Positions 26,549 to 38,402 of a DNA stretch of 64,000 bases are shown piece by piece. A model generated the notes under the pieces. It was not told where the DNA came from. It saw nothing but the letters and a program-made list of their open reading frames with translations, and made no database searches. The stretch's first letter is position 1; every line of letters begins with the position of its first letter. Made by a program: the position numbers and the translations under genes. The stretch is from Octopus sinensis. Its lineage: Eukaryota. The DNA lies in the NCBI RefSeq assembly GCF_006345805.1, contig NC_043019.1:21327360-21391359 (forward strand), given 5' to 3'.

Positions 26549-29500
26549 TTACACAAACCAATGTTAAATGATGATGATATGTAAACATACCTACATACAT
26601 ATATACATAGACAAATACAAGCACATATATATATATTATTCTTTAACAAAAAAAAGTAGTGATAGTGGCTTTGAAGTTTTGGCCTACCAAACAATCTTTA
26701 GACCATCCAATGATGGCTTAGCAAGCCAAGACATCAGTCACTGTCACCACTCTTCTTGTAAAAATATAAATATGTACTGTACAGAAAGTATGGAGTAATC
26801 TTTCAGTTTAATGTAAAAAGGTCTTATTATAACGTAACATAAACACAAACATTTATATATATATGTCATATTTGCAGGAGAGGAATCTGGAAAAGGATTT
26901 AATATAAAGTAGAGAAATCAAGATAAAACATGTAACTTTTGTTTATTGGAATAATTCATAACTCCTGTTATAGATTCTGACTGAAAGAAGGGGGGAAAAA
27001 AAAACTGGCAAAAATTCTCAACAAAGAATCATTGGTAATTGGTGATGTACTAACTTTAACAAATAGTATTACATAATCATTTCTAGTACAAGGTAAAAAA
27101 AATCAGAATATTTTATCTAGTGAGTGAAAAATGTGTGAAAAGAAATTATAGTTGAGTCAGTCAACCTCAGTGTATGACTGATACTTAGTTTATCAATCCT
27201 GGATAGAATGAATGTTAAATAATCATTTGTAGTGTAGGTTAAAAGACCAGAATATTTAATCTAGTGGGTAAGAGACAGAGAGAGAGAGAGTGTTATAGTC
27301 AAGTCACTCAATCTCAATGTATGATAGGTACTTATTTTATGAGGGTGAATTAGGCCTTGAAGGGATTTGAACTCAAATCAAAAGTTTGATACTCCAACTA
27401 CTTAAATTTAAGGTACATTTTTTATTATTTACACCCATTTCCTTTTCAAGGTGAAAAGTGTTTTTCCTATTGTTTTTCACGAGTTTTGAATGAAACTGAC
27501 TTTCAAAACTGTCAGAAATTACTCATTCTTTAGTTAAACTTTTCTCTGCAGCTGATAGCCTAGGGCAAGAGACTGTCTCTATGCATTACTTGAGCCTGCT
27601 AGTAATGCATAGATAGTCAAAATGAACACTACAAGGTATCATCCAATGCTCTATTAATTCTGCCAGTCTGCTATCTTAATCTGGTATTTTATTTACAGAC
27701 ACCCAGGAAGAATGAAAGACAAAGGTAACTTTGTTGGAATCTGAAATCAGAACACAAGCTGCTAGAATAAAAATCACAAGACATTTTGTCCACCGATTCT
27801 GCCAAACTGCAAAATTTCTAACTAAGAACATGGAGTGATACACCGAAATACTGTAAGGTGTTCTGTCTGATTTTGAAAATGTATTTGTCTAGCAAGTGAT
27901 TTGGTTTGAGACAGTGTGTTAAAACTAAAGCAAGTACAGTATGGAAGGCACATATCATCGATTCAAAAACACACAAAAACTGTTAATTTAATCATTTATT
28001 ACTTGGTGTCAAAATTTTCACTGCACTACCTATGACCTGGTCACTGACATCATTCCACTGCAACTGGTTTGAAACTTGGTTGCTGATCAGTATATACAGG
28101 CCTCAGGATTTTAAATCAAAAATTATTTTTCTTTTTTCCCTCTCCCCTGCACAGGGTCATCACATAGTACCCCATAGTAGGTCAGTTATGTTGTCTGACA
28201 ATCTACCAATTCTATCAGTCTGTTATCCCCTCTTGTTATTAATATAATAACAACGACATACCAATTAGGAAAAGCAAACTTAGAACCAATTCCAAGACAA
28301 AATGAAAATGGAATATTGACCCAGAGTTGTACTGAAGTTCATCAGAATATCGATTCTTTATGTATATAAGCAGCACTATTTTCCATCAGCTACAGTCACA
28401 ATGTAACATTTTATCAATTATGTAAATATGGGGGAGCGGAGGATGGAAGAGGGAAATGAATTATTCACTTGAAGAAATAGCTTCATAATGAAGACAAACT
28501 TTTGAACTTTTGAATATTTATGCCAGGGAAAAATTATTTTTGTGCATGAATATATATGTGCGTGTGTACTCACACACATGCACACACATATATATTCATG
28601 TATATATGTGTAATTGTGTGTGTGTATATATATATATTTATATATATGCACATACGTGTGTGTATATATATATATAAATACATATATATATATACATACA
28701 CACACATACATATATATGCATGCGTGTGTTACATGGTGCCCTTAAGTCTGGATCTACAAGAAATTTGCCAAAACACACACACACACAGTTATTCATTTTA
28801 TATTTATATTTTGTCTCCTATAATAAAATTAATTACAATTTCCCTTTACAGGCTCAATATGAATTCGAAACATGACAGATCACAGCAATGAAAAATTACT
28901 AAGATGCTTAGCACTGAAGTCAGTAGTAGCAATGTCTTCTCCGTTAAGATCCCTGTCTTGTTTATATAAGAACAGTTTTTTTTCAATGCAGTCATCTATC
29001 ATTAGTTTTGAAATAATATTGAGCTGAAAACACACAATATTAATTTGGTTAGACAATGAATAAAATAAAATAAACACAGTAAGAAAGTTTAATATATATA
29101 TGTGTGTGTGAGTGTGTCTATGTGTGTGTGCGCACTTGCACACACACACACAAGGCATTTTTTCAGTGGGTTCATACTTTCAGGGACAGCCTATATGTAT
29201 TGAGTGAATAATGCATTTTCATTAGTTTCAGCATTAAATATTTAATTAACCAGAGACACGAAACAGCATCGATTAAAATATAAGTGAGTACAATTATATT
29301 TAACACATTTGCATGCACTCGGACATGAGAAGACCTTTCACTGCAGAAATAGTCTCAGGAGAAAATTCTTCTCAAAGACATTGAGTGAAAACACATTAAT
29401 GGGCTATGAATGACATCATCAGAGTGTAGGAGGTCGTCTGATTAATAATAGTCTGTGCTTATTGAATTAGGGTGTGTGTGGCAGAATATACCAGAATTAT

Positions 29501-29671
29501 GTACTTCATCCTTAATGTAATAGTCGAGCAGAATCAGTAATTAAACCAAACCTAATTATTTTTGCATTGATTCGCAATTTAATATTCAAATTCAGAAAAA
29601 TATGTAATTTTTACTTTATTCTTGGGTATTTCTATATTAGGTTATGTCTGGCTATTGTATTTATATCGTTA

Positions 29672-30430
29672 CCTTTTTAGTATCAGTCATTGGACTGTGG
29701 CCATCTGGAGCACTGCCTTGAAGAGTTTAGTTGAACAAATTAACCCCAGGACTTATTTTTAAAGTCTGGCACTTATTTCATTGGTTGCTTTTGCTGAGCT
29801 GCTAAATTATGAGAATACTCTTTTACTTGTTTCAGTCATTTGACTGTGGCCATGCTGGAGCACCACCTTTTAGTCGAGAAAATCGACTCCAGGACTTATT
29901 CTTTGTAAGCCTAGTACTTATTCTATCAGTCTCTTTTGCCAAACCGCTAAGATACAGGGACATAAACACACCAGCATCGGTTGTCAAGCAATGTTTGGGG
30001 AACAGACACACAAACACACACACACACACATATATACATATATATATACGACGGGCTTCTTTCAGTTTCCGTCTACCAAATCCACTCACAAGGCTTTGGT
30101 CGACCTGAAGCTATAATAGAAGACACTTGCCCAAGATGCCACGCAGTGGGACTGAACCCAGAACCATGTGGTTGGTAAGCAAGCTACTTACCACGCAGCC
30201 ACTCCTGTGCCTGTAAACAAATGTAAACAAACCAACACCAGTTGCCAAACAGTGGTGCTGATAAACAGGGACAAACACAGATACACACACAATTTCTGTC
30301 TACCAAATTCAATCACAAGGCATTGGTTAGCCTGGGGCTATAGTAGAAAACATTCACCTAGGTGTTGTATGTGGACTGAACCCCAAACCACATTGTTGCA
30401 AAGCAAACCTCTTAACTACATAACCATGCC
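29672..30430 (-). mobile_element. Old family A SINE interrupted by a young family A SINE (29817-30212)
   Basis: Older copy runs ~29672-29808 and resumes ~30213-30430; the inner copy is near-consensus. Confidence 0.85.
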
Positions 30431-30890
30431 TTGTAGTCTCTTTCTTTTTTAAAATTTTATCTCAATATTCACAATTTATGTTGACTTACACTTACTATTA
30501 AATATAAATATTTATAGTAAAATATTTGGATTTCCATTTTGATACAAATGTAAATATCTTCTTAATGTTTAATTTTTTTTTTCTAAAATTTAAATTAGCT
30601 TTCCTTTCTATTTCAATTTGCTTAAATACTCGTATCTTCTTGTGGTGAATTTATCTCTTTTTAAATTTAAATGTGTCTTTTTACTTCTATTCTTCTCTGC
30701 TATGTGTTTAAATTGTTTCAAGAGCAAATTTAAGTTTGATTTATTTAAGAAATACTGCCACTATACTAATTGCTATTAAATCAATAATTAACCATCAGTT
30801 TCAATAGAATTGTCTAGAAAAAAAAAATTCAGTTATTACTAAGACTTATTTTTTTAATCTCTTTCCCAAATTTTTAATATGAAATATTTT

Positions 30891-31163
30891 GATAGCATGT
30901 TGTCAAGGGAAGAATGCTACTGCTATTTAGCCCTAGGAAACACCGTTTCCTGTTGGACTTATGTTTTCAAAGTGGAGACAAGCACCTCCACCCAGCACTT
31001 CGAAAAGATAAGGACACAGGAAATGTGTCAAGTCCAACAGGAAACGGTGTTTCCTAGGGCTAAATAACAGTAGCATTCTTCCCTTTTATGGGACTGTCAC
31101 ATTAAGTTGACAACATGCTATCACTTTATTGTGTTGCTACTGCATAAATGTCTGAGAGATTTA
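30891..31163. mobile_element. Hairpin-plus-tail insertion related to the 12118 element
   Basis: Arms 30905-30960 / 31030-31085 (56 bp, 1 mismatch) plus 30891-30906 / 31107-31122. Tail ends AGAGATTTA. Flanking GAAATAT(T/A)TT at 30881 and 31164. Confidence 0.65.
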
Positions 31164-31426
31164 GAAATATATTATTTCTATGAAAATTTTTTTAAGAAAA
31201 TAGGAAATAAAATAAAATAGCGATCAAAAAACCAAAATAATTAGAAAACAACCTATTTGTTTTCAGAAGATTTGTTAAATTTTAAAAGATTTAAAAATAA
31301 ATTTAATAAATTGATAAATTCTTATTGAATCATATTGGATTTTTACTAATCCTCTGCATTATTATTTATATATTTTTAAAACTTACAATTCGCAATCATA
31401 CATTATCTATCTATCTGTCTGTCTGT

Positions 31427-31565
31427 CAGAAAATTCAACAAAACCTGTTACTCTGAGTAACAGGTTTTGTTGAATTTTCTGCTGCTTTAAATAAAGCATA
31501 TTACTCTACCACTGGTATTTGAGTACTCTTTTTTCCACCTTGTTTCACATTTATGTGTTTACTCC

Positions 31566-31567
<2 letters not shown>
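31427..31567. mobile_element. (TA)n-anchored repeat ending in a perfect 27-bp fold-back; second copy at 47312-47411
   Basis: Shared body TTAAATAAAGCATATTACTCTACC..GGTATTTGAGTACTCTTTTT...CACATTTATGTG.TTACTCCGG(TA)n; hairpin arms 31427-31453 / 31455-31481. Confidence 0.75.
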
Positions 31568-31615
<48 letters not shown>

Positions 31616-32716
31616 TATATATTAAAGTGTTACTTGTCACAGGACAGGTAAATTTTGAAGAACACTTTTGCATTATGAGTAGTATTAGGAAACATTAAGG
31701 AATATAGTATACATACAACAATTATAATTTATCTTTTATAAAATTTCTTTGGGCTTATACAAAATGAGGAAATGAATACTAATTATCAAACAAAAAATAT
31801 TTATTACTTTAAAACAACATTAAAACAAATTCAATTTCTTGCGTGTGTAACCCCTCCTATATCTACCATCATTTATTCTTTCCTCCTGACACCAAGCCTA
31901 GTATGTGCACTCATCCTGCATCTTTTATGTCAACTCTATTTTCTCTCTATATATGATGTAAAGCATAGCTGGAGAATCAGTCAACCAACAAACCAACCAA
32001 CATTTATATCCAGTATTATCAAAAAGATATTATCTGTAACCTATCACTCATGTTTTACCTGAAAAGACATTGATATCATCAATATCTTTTAAGGGTGGAA
32101 TCCAGAACATATGTTTAAATAAATTATCAATATGAACATTTATGACACAATATCTGTTCAACAATACGATTTGCAAATAAAAATTCCTTTAAAAAAAAAA
32201 TCAAATTCATTACAAAATTAAAAAATAAAATTAAATTCATACATTATCAAAATGATGATTTGAAGAAAATGAAATTGAAGCAATAACTGGAAGCATTTTG
32301 TCTGCTTCTCTACAGAATTGGCCAATCCATTGCTATTATAAATTCCATAATATGAATAGGCATTGTATAATATGAATAAGCATTGTATGATGTGTATAGG
32401 GATGCCACATAACTGTAAAAAGGTAAAAACAAAAAAAAGGAAGGACTTCCAATTTTGGAAGAATACTTAAAAAATGAAAAATAATTAATAAAACTTGAGA
32501 TTTTGCAACCACATTACCACAAGGAAAATAAATGTACATAATCTTTACATAATCTTTGAAGTGGTTTCAAGACAATAGATATTTAAATATTTACTACTGG
32601 ATTTAAGTGTCTGATATGACTGGAGAGATTTAAATATAGAAATTACAGAGATTAATATACAGAGCAGAGAAAATGTAAAAAAAAAAAAAAAGGTAGCTGT
32701 CAAGAATTTTACTGAC

Positions 32717-32861
32717 CTCTGCTGTGTTTGCCTTTTGACTTGCCACCGCTTGTGTGAGACTCAGATTTGCGCATTCCCCCAGTACCTGAATTGCGCGTTG
32801 AAGATGTCCGAGAACCTGCTTTTAAGCGTCCGATTGTTAAAACAACTTTCCCCATAAGTGT
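32717..32861 (-). CDS. MPDZ: MPDZ-like coding exon: TLMGKVVLTIGRLKAGSRTSSTRNSGTGGMRKSESHTSGGKSKGKHSR(V) (end of PDZ11 + linker)
   Basis: Acceptor ttatttttccag|, donor AGAG|gtcagt. 145 nt, phase 0-1. G.V.L..GR.KAG matches the end of MPDZ PDZ11. Confidence 0.93.
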
Positions 32862-33362
32862 CTGGAAAAATAAGGAAGAGAAATAAATATCAGAAAATAA
32901 AAGTAAATGACTATCTTAAAAGTCTTTTACACAAACACTGTACTTTCTGGCATACAAGTCGAATTTTTCAAACCAAAATTCAGAGACAAAAAGGGTAGGT
33001 CAAATTATACACTTAGACAACTTTGGAGGATCAAAAATTCCATGTGAAATGCAACAGGTTTTGGGAAGATGATGATGATGATGTTTGAATATTTACACTA
33101 CATACTGTGTTGATTTGTATGCCAGAAAATAAAATACACTGCCAAGAATGATAATTTCTGACAATGACACATCTCCACATCTACATTTAAGCATCCACCC
33201 CATCTTTTGTTATGGGTGACTGTGGGTTGCTGTACCTGGAAAGTAACTCTCCTATGCACAGGCCAGAGCAAGGTTTGTTTTATGGACGACCAGTAGTTGT
33301 CCATGCACATCAATCTCTCCTCATGCTACTGATGATGCCAATGGAAAGAGCTGCCTTAGAGC

Positions 33363-33572
33363 CAGTTCAGTCTGGCACCAGTGTTTCACAGTTCAGTCTG
33401 GCACCAGTGTTTCACAGTTCAGTCTGGCACCAGTGTTTCACAGTTCAGTCTGGCACCAGTGTTTCACAGTTCAGTCTGGCACCAGTGTTTCACAGTTCTG
33501 TTCTGGCACCAGTGTTTCACAGTTCTGTTCTGGCACCAGTGTTTCACAGTTCAGTCTGGCACCAGTGTTTCA
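33363..33572 (+). repeat. Minisatellite, 8 x 26-27-bp unit CAGTTCAGTCTGGCACCAGTGTTTCA
   Basis: Units start at 33363, 33389, 33415, 33441, 33467, 33493, 33520 and 33547; units 6-7 carry a 27-bp variant. No spacers. Confidence 0.95.
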
Positions 33573-33693
33573 TTGTTATTAGAACATAAAAAACCAAAAA
33601 AGATACAAGGCATCTCATCAGGTACTCTAACAGTTCTGCCATTCCTTTGCCATGAGTTCAAATTCTACCAAGGTTAACTTTGTCTCTCATCTT

Positions 33694-33695
<2 letters not shown>

Positions 33696-33753
<58 letters not shown>

Positions 33754-33998
33754 GTTTAACGTCCGTTCTCCATGCTAGCATGGGTTGGACGGTTCGACCG
33801 GGATCTGGGAAGCCAGAAGGCTGCACCAGGTTCCAGTCTGATCTGGCAGCGTTTCTACAGCTGGATACCCTTCCTAACGCCAACCACTTCGTGAGTGTAG
33901 TGGGTGCTTTTTACGTGCCACTGGCACAGGTGCGAGGCGAGGCTGGCAACGGCCACGATCGGATTGGTGCTTTTTACATGACACCGGCATGGAAGCCA
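33696..33998 (-). mobile_element. Young SINE family C with long (GAT)n tail
   Basis: (CAT)n 33696-33753 followed by the family C body. Confidence 0.9.
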
Positions 33999-34653
33999 GT
34001 CAAAGTTGATAAAATAAAATGAAAAAATTAACACGAGGAAGAAGCAATATTTTTTAACCAGCTTCTGCTATCTGATTGGTATTTATTTATTTATTGATTC
34101 TATGAAGTTGCAAGGCTAATTCTTGAGTCATACTGATCAGAATATGGACTCAGAATGTAAAAGGACAGAACTAAATATAAAACCTGGAACTAGATCACTA
34201 ACTGGTTTTTAAAATAAACAAAGTGAAGTCTACTCAATTAAATAAAGAAAAGAGATGAAAGGATCTGAAATAGACCCTCTGATGATTTCAAGGATGAGCA
34301 TTCTAATTGTTTGGTAAACCCAACAACTTACTCCCTATTCAATTATGAAACACATGACTAAGTATTCTGCAGGCACTGATAGTCTTAATATAATCCATGT
34401 ACAGATCCAGTATGACTCAGTATATGACATGGTTGGACTCTTTGAATAACAGGTACAGCCTAATGATTTAGCCTCCACACAATTTTTGTCTCCCCACCAC
34501 CAACAGATACATGGCTCCCCTCTGTGTTTTGTTTTGGTAGGATTTGAACCTAGAGCCAGTACAAAAGCCACAAAGCATTGTATTCGATGCTCTAACAACT
34601 CTGCCAACTCACCACCTCAAGACACTGATCCACAGATTTACCAGTCACATTAA

Positions 34654-34873
34654 CCCTTTAGCATTCAGATTATTCTGTCAAATATAATATTTATTCATCC
34701 ATATTGTTTTTAAGCTAATCATGCATTATTTTGTAGCTTTAAGATTTCAATGATGTTATCACCTGTTTTTAGATTGACATTATAGGTTGGTGTGAGATAC
34801 CAAATCTGGGCAGTTTTAACAGAAAACAGGTAGATTATTTGGGCCGGATATGGCCGGTTTAAACACTAAAGGG
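34654..34873. mobile_element. piggyBac-like MITE with TTAA target-site duplication
   Basis: TTAA(34650-53)|CCCTTTAG...CTAAAGGG|TTAA(34874-77). Confidence 0.85.
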
Positions 34874-35499
34874 TTAATCTGACTAGTATGACATGTTAAA
34901 GATCATGAGTACTGCCCACCCACTTCTCTGACTAAATTCTAAAGCAAAAACCAAAAGACTAAAAATAACTAAAACCTCAATAAGCTTATGATACGTTCAT
35001 TAAATGAAGCAAAGACGATAGAGAATGGAAGCTAGGCTGTGGTCGTCATGGATGGATAATGAAAACATCATCCTTAATTGTATGATACTTGCCTTATTAA
35101 CTCATAACATTGTCAATAAAATTACCCAGAATTCCCACATTAACTGAAATAATTGAAGGCAAAACAACAAAAATATTGTACTTAATAGAATTAACAATTA
35201 AATTGATTTTTTTTTTGTCTGTATGAAACTATAGAATTAGCTGTATAATAAACAGAATTGTTATATAATAGCCTAATGGAAATAGCTTTAAACACAATAT
35301 TGTTGCATTAACAAATATGATTATCGTTAAAGGATATTTCTATGAGAATTATTGATAAATTTCATTCACTAAACGACAATGACTGTGACTATTCCTCTTT
35401 TGAGGAGTTAACCTTAAGTTAATTCATCATAACAATGAGGAAGGCAAAAGCAGAAAAAAATAAATTAAAAAAAAGCAGCAAATAACAAAAATTCCATAC

Positions 35500-35616
35500 T
35501 TTCAGCACAGCAGCTGCATGGTCCTGCGTTGCTTGGCGCATATCTTCTCCGTTTACACTTAAAATTTGATCACCTTGCATCAAACGGCCATCTGCTTCAG
35601 CCACACCACCACGGAC
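35500..35616 (-). CDS. MPDZ: MPDZ-like coding exon: [39 protein letters not shown] (PDZ11)
   Basis: Acceptor ttatttttag|, donor AAA|gtatgg. 117 nt, phase 0-0. [16 protein letters not shown] motif. Confidence 0.97.
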
Positions 35617-35899
35617 CTAAAAATAAAACATTATTCATTAATGAAGATTTCTTAGATTGGCCCAAGGCCAGACATTAAAGGAGGGTAGGGGGTGTTACAA
35701 ATGATGGCACTGAACCCCAGTATTTTATCTTCTGTCTGTTACTTGTTTCAGTCATTGGATGGCAGCCATGCAGGAGCACAGCCTTGAAAGGTTTAGTTGA
35801 ACAAATTTACCCCAGTACCTATTTTTCTAAGTTTGGTAATTATTCCATTGATGTCTTTTGCTGAATTGCTAAGTTATAGGGACATAAACAAGACAACAC

Positions 35900-36186
35900 A
35901 TGTTTCCTAAGATGAATTATTCAAACCTCAAAGAGTTTCTCTCAACACATGGCTATGATGCTCCCCCACTACATCTGCTTGTGATCAGAGATGCACATAT
36001 CATCAGTCACTAAGGGACATGCTCAAATGGTTATGGCTAAACAGCTGACAAGCAAATTTGTGATGTTGAGCAGAATATTTGCTGTAGTCCATCTTTTATA
36101 CCAAAACAAAACATGTACATGATAACACTTCCAATCAGTTGAGGTCAGAAGCCATAAGAGCCACTGCCTGGTACTGCATCAGAGCA

Positions 36187-36230
<44 letters not shown>

Positions 36231-36240
36231 CATTATTATT
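35900..36240 (+). mobile_element. 3' fragment of a non-LTR element with (ATT)n tail, followed by a family B SINE (~36240-36455 +)
   Basis: ...CCACTGCCTGGTACTGCATCAGAGCA(ATT)n. The classification is inferred from the tail structure. Confidence 0.45.
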
Positions 36241-36519
36241 AAGCTGGCAGAATTCTTACTGTGCAGGGCAAAATACTTAGTAGCATTTCTTTTGGTTTTA
36301 TGTTTTGAATTCAAATTCCGTTGAGATCAACTTTGCATTTCATCATTTAGGGATCGATAAAATAAGTACCAGTTGAGCATTGGGGTTGATGTAATTTACT
36401 AGCTCCCACCCACCCCAAATTTCAGGTCTTGTTCATATAGTAGAAAGGATTATTAAGTGAAAAGTGACTGAAATGAAGATAAGTTATTGTAATCCAAAGA
36501 ATGTAGAAATATTACTTAC

Positions 36520-36744
36520 AATGTCTGATATATATACACCCACATCATTTCTTTTGCCAACAATACTGAGGCCAAGTCCTTTACCAGGTTTTTTCACTAA
36601 TTCGATACTGAAGATGTCATAAATATCTTCTTCTTTTGTCAGTTGGTTATCTCGATAGATTAATAGCTTCACAAGTGTCGGAGTCTGGCGGAGAACTTGA
36701 ATTGCTCTCTCATGAGTTGCGTCTTTAAGGTCTTCGTCATTAAC
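36520..36744 (-). CDS. MPDZ: MPDZ-like coding exon: [75 protein letters not shown] (end of PDZ10, start of PDZ11)
   Basis: Acceptor ctctttttcag|, donor ATT|gtaagt. 225 nt, phase 0-0. The [17 protein letters not shown] motif is characteristic of MPDZ/PATJ. Confidence 0.97.
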
Positions 36745-37533
36745 CTGAAAAAGAGTAAAAGTAACACTGAAGTGTCCAACATCATAATTTTAACACCTAC
36801 TTTTCCATGTTCTCATGGGTCAGATGACGAAATTTGAGATGGCAGATTTTCTAAGGCTGGATGTTCTTTCTGTTGCTAACCCTAAGTTAGTTAATGTGAT
36901 GTTTCCCCCTAGTCCTTCAAACATGAACAACACAGTCATCAGACATGTTTTCGTGGAAAATTTCAAATGGATGACACTTGTATAATGGTGAGGTTAATTT
37001 TTACAATTAGAACATGATGCCAAAAAAACATGAACCCACATACTCACAATTACACACTGAAATAGAAACATATATACAATCATCACCATCATTTTAACAA
37101 CCACTTTTCCATGCTTGCACAGGTTAAATAGAATTTATTGAGGTAGTTCTATGGTTGAATGCCTTTCCTGACACCAACACTCACTTGTTTTCAAGCAAGA
37201 TAATATTTCCCCATATCCACACATGCTTTTGCAGAATATTGGAAATGAATGACTCTGCTTACATGACAGTGAGGCTCATTTGCAGTTATCATGCGATGTC
37301 AAGACAAGGAGATAGGCTTCTTACAGTTTCCATTTACCAACTCCACTCACAAGGCTTTGGCTGGTGGAGGGCAATTGTGAAAAACACTTGTCAAAGGTGC
37401 TGTGCAATGGGACCGAATCTGACACCAAGTGGTTACAAAGAGAGCTTCTTAACCACACAGCCATGTCTGTATCAGCAGCATGTATGGAGAGCTCTGTACT
37501 GGGCTGATGATTACATATTCAACATTGCAGTAG

Positions 37534-37707
37534 TGCCGTTACGTTCTGAGTTCAAATTCTGCCGAGGTCGACTTCGCCTTTCATCCTTTCGGGGTCGATT
37601 AAATAAGCACCAGTTACGCACTGGGGTTGATGTAATCGACTTAATCCCTTTGTCTGTCCTTGTTTGTCCCCTCTATGTTTAGCCCCCTGTGGGCAATAAA
37701 GAAATAA
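37534..37707 (+). mobile_element. 5'-truncated young family B SINE
   Basis: GCCGTTACGTTCTGAGTTCAAATTC...GTGGGCAATAAAGAAATAA. Confidence 0.85.
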
Positions 37708-37764
37708 AAATATTGCAGCAGACTCATTCAGATAGGTAGGCAAGATAAATAAATATAAGCATAT

Positions 37765-38165
37765 TCTTTTATTCTTTCAGTCATTTGACTGCGGTCATGC
37801 TGGAGCACTGCCTTGAAGGGTTTTTAGTCAAACAAATCGACCCCAGGACCTATGTTTTTTTTTTATACCTCGTACCTATTCTATTGCCTCTTTTGCTGAA
37901 CTGCTAAGTTATTTGGATGTAGACACACCAACACCAGTTGTCAAGCGTGATGGGGGGGGGGGATAAACATGGACACAAAAGACACACACATATATATATA
38001 TGATGGGCTTCTTTCAGTCTCCGTCTATCAAATTTACTTCAATAGGTTTTGGTCGGCCCGAGGTTATAGTAGAAGATACTTGCCAAAAGTGCCATGCAGT
38101 GGGACTGAACCCGGAACCATATGGTTGGGAAGCAAGCTTCTTACCACACAACCACACCTACTCCT
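37765..38165 (-). mobile_element. SINE family A
   Basis: Same head, CORE-like segment and tail as the 9838 copy. Confidence 0.85.
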
Positions 38166-38318
38166 ATACATGTAAATAATAATGTAAATATGTCCAAGGC
38201 TCAGGTCTTTGTCTTCCCAACAAAATTCCCATCACATTCTATTTTTTTTATCTTTATGAAATAATAATTGAAGTGAGAGAGAAGAGTAAAGCTCAATGAA
38301 TATAAAAGTGATAATTAC

Positions 38319-38402
38319 TTCGAGTATTTGATCCCCAGCCATTAACCTTCCATCTTTATGTGCTGCACCATCTACATATACTTCATGAATGATAATTGAG
38401 CC
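38319..38402 (-). CDS. MPDZ: MPDZ-like coding exon: [28 protein letters not shown] (PDZ10)
   Basis: Acceptor ttttaattccag|, donor GAA|gtaatt. 84 nt, phase 0-0. Equivalent to MPDZ GAIIIHEVYEEGAA.KDGRLWAGDQILE. Confidence 0.96.

Noticed and set aside
27578-27613. Small hairpins (13-bp arms here; 12-bp arms at ~44208-44238)
   Set aside because: Too short to assign; could be chance or decayed MITE cores.
28199-28369. Plus-strand protein-like open frame (...TTYQLGKANLEPIPRQNENGILTQSCTEVHQNIDSLCI*)
   Set aside because: No start or good acceptor, no recognisable family, no partner exons.
33363-33572. CRISPR-like look of the 26-bp array
   Set aside because: Units are contiguous with no unique spacers, and the DNA is eukaryotic.
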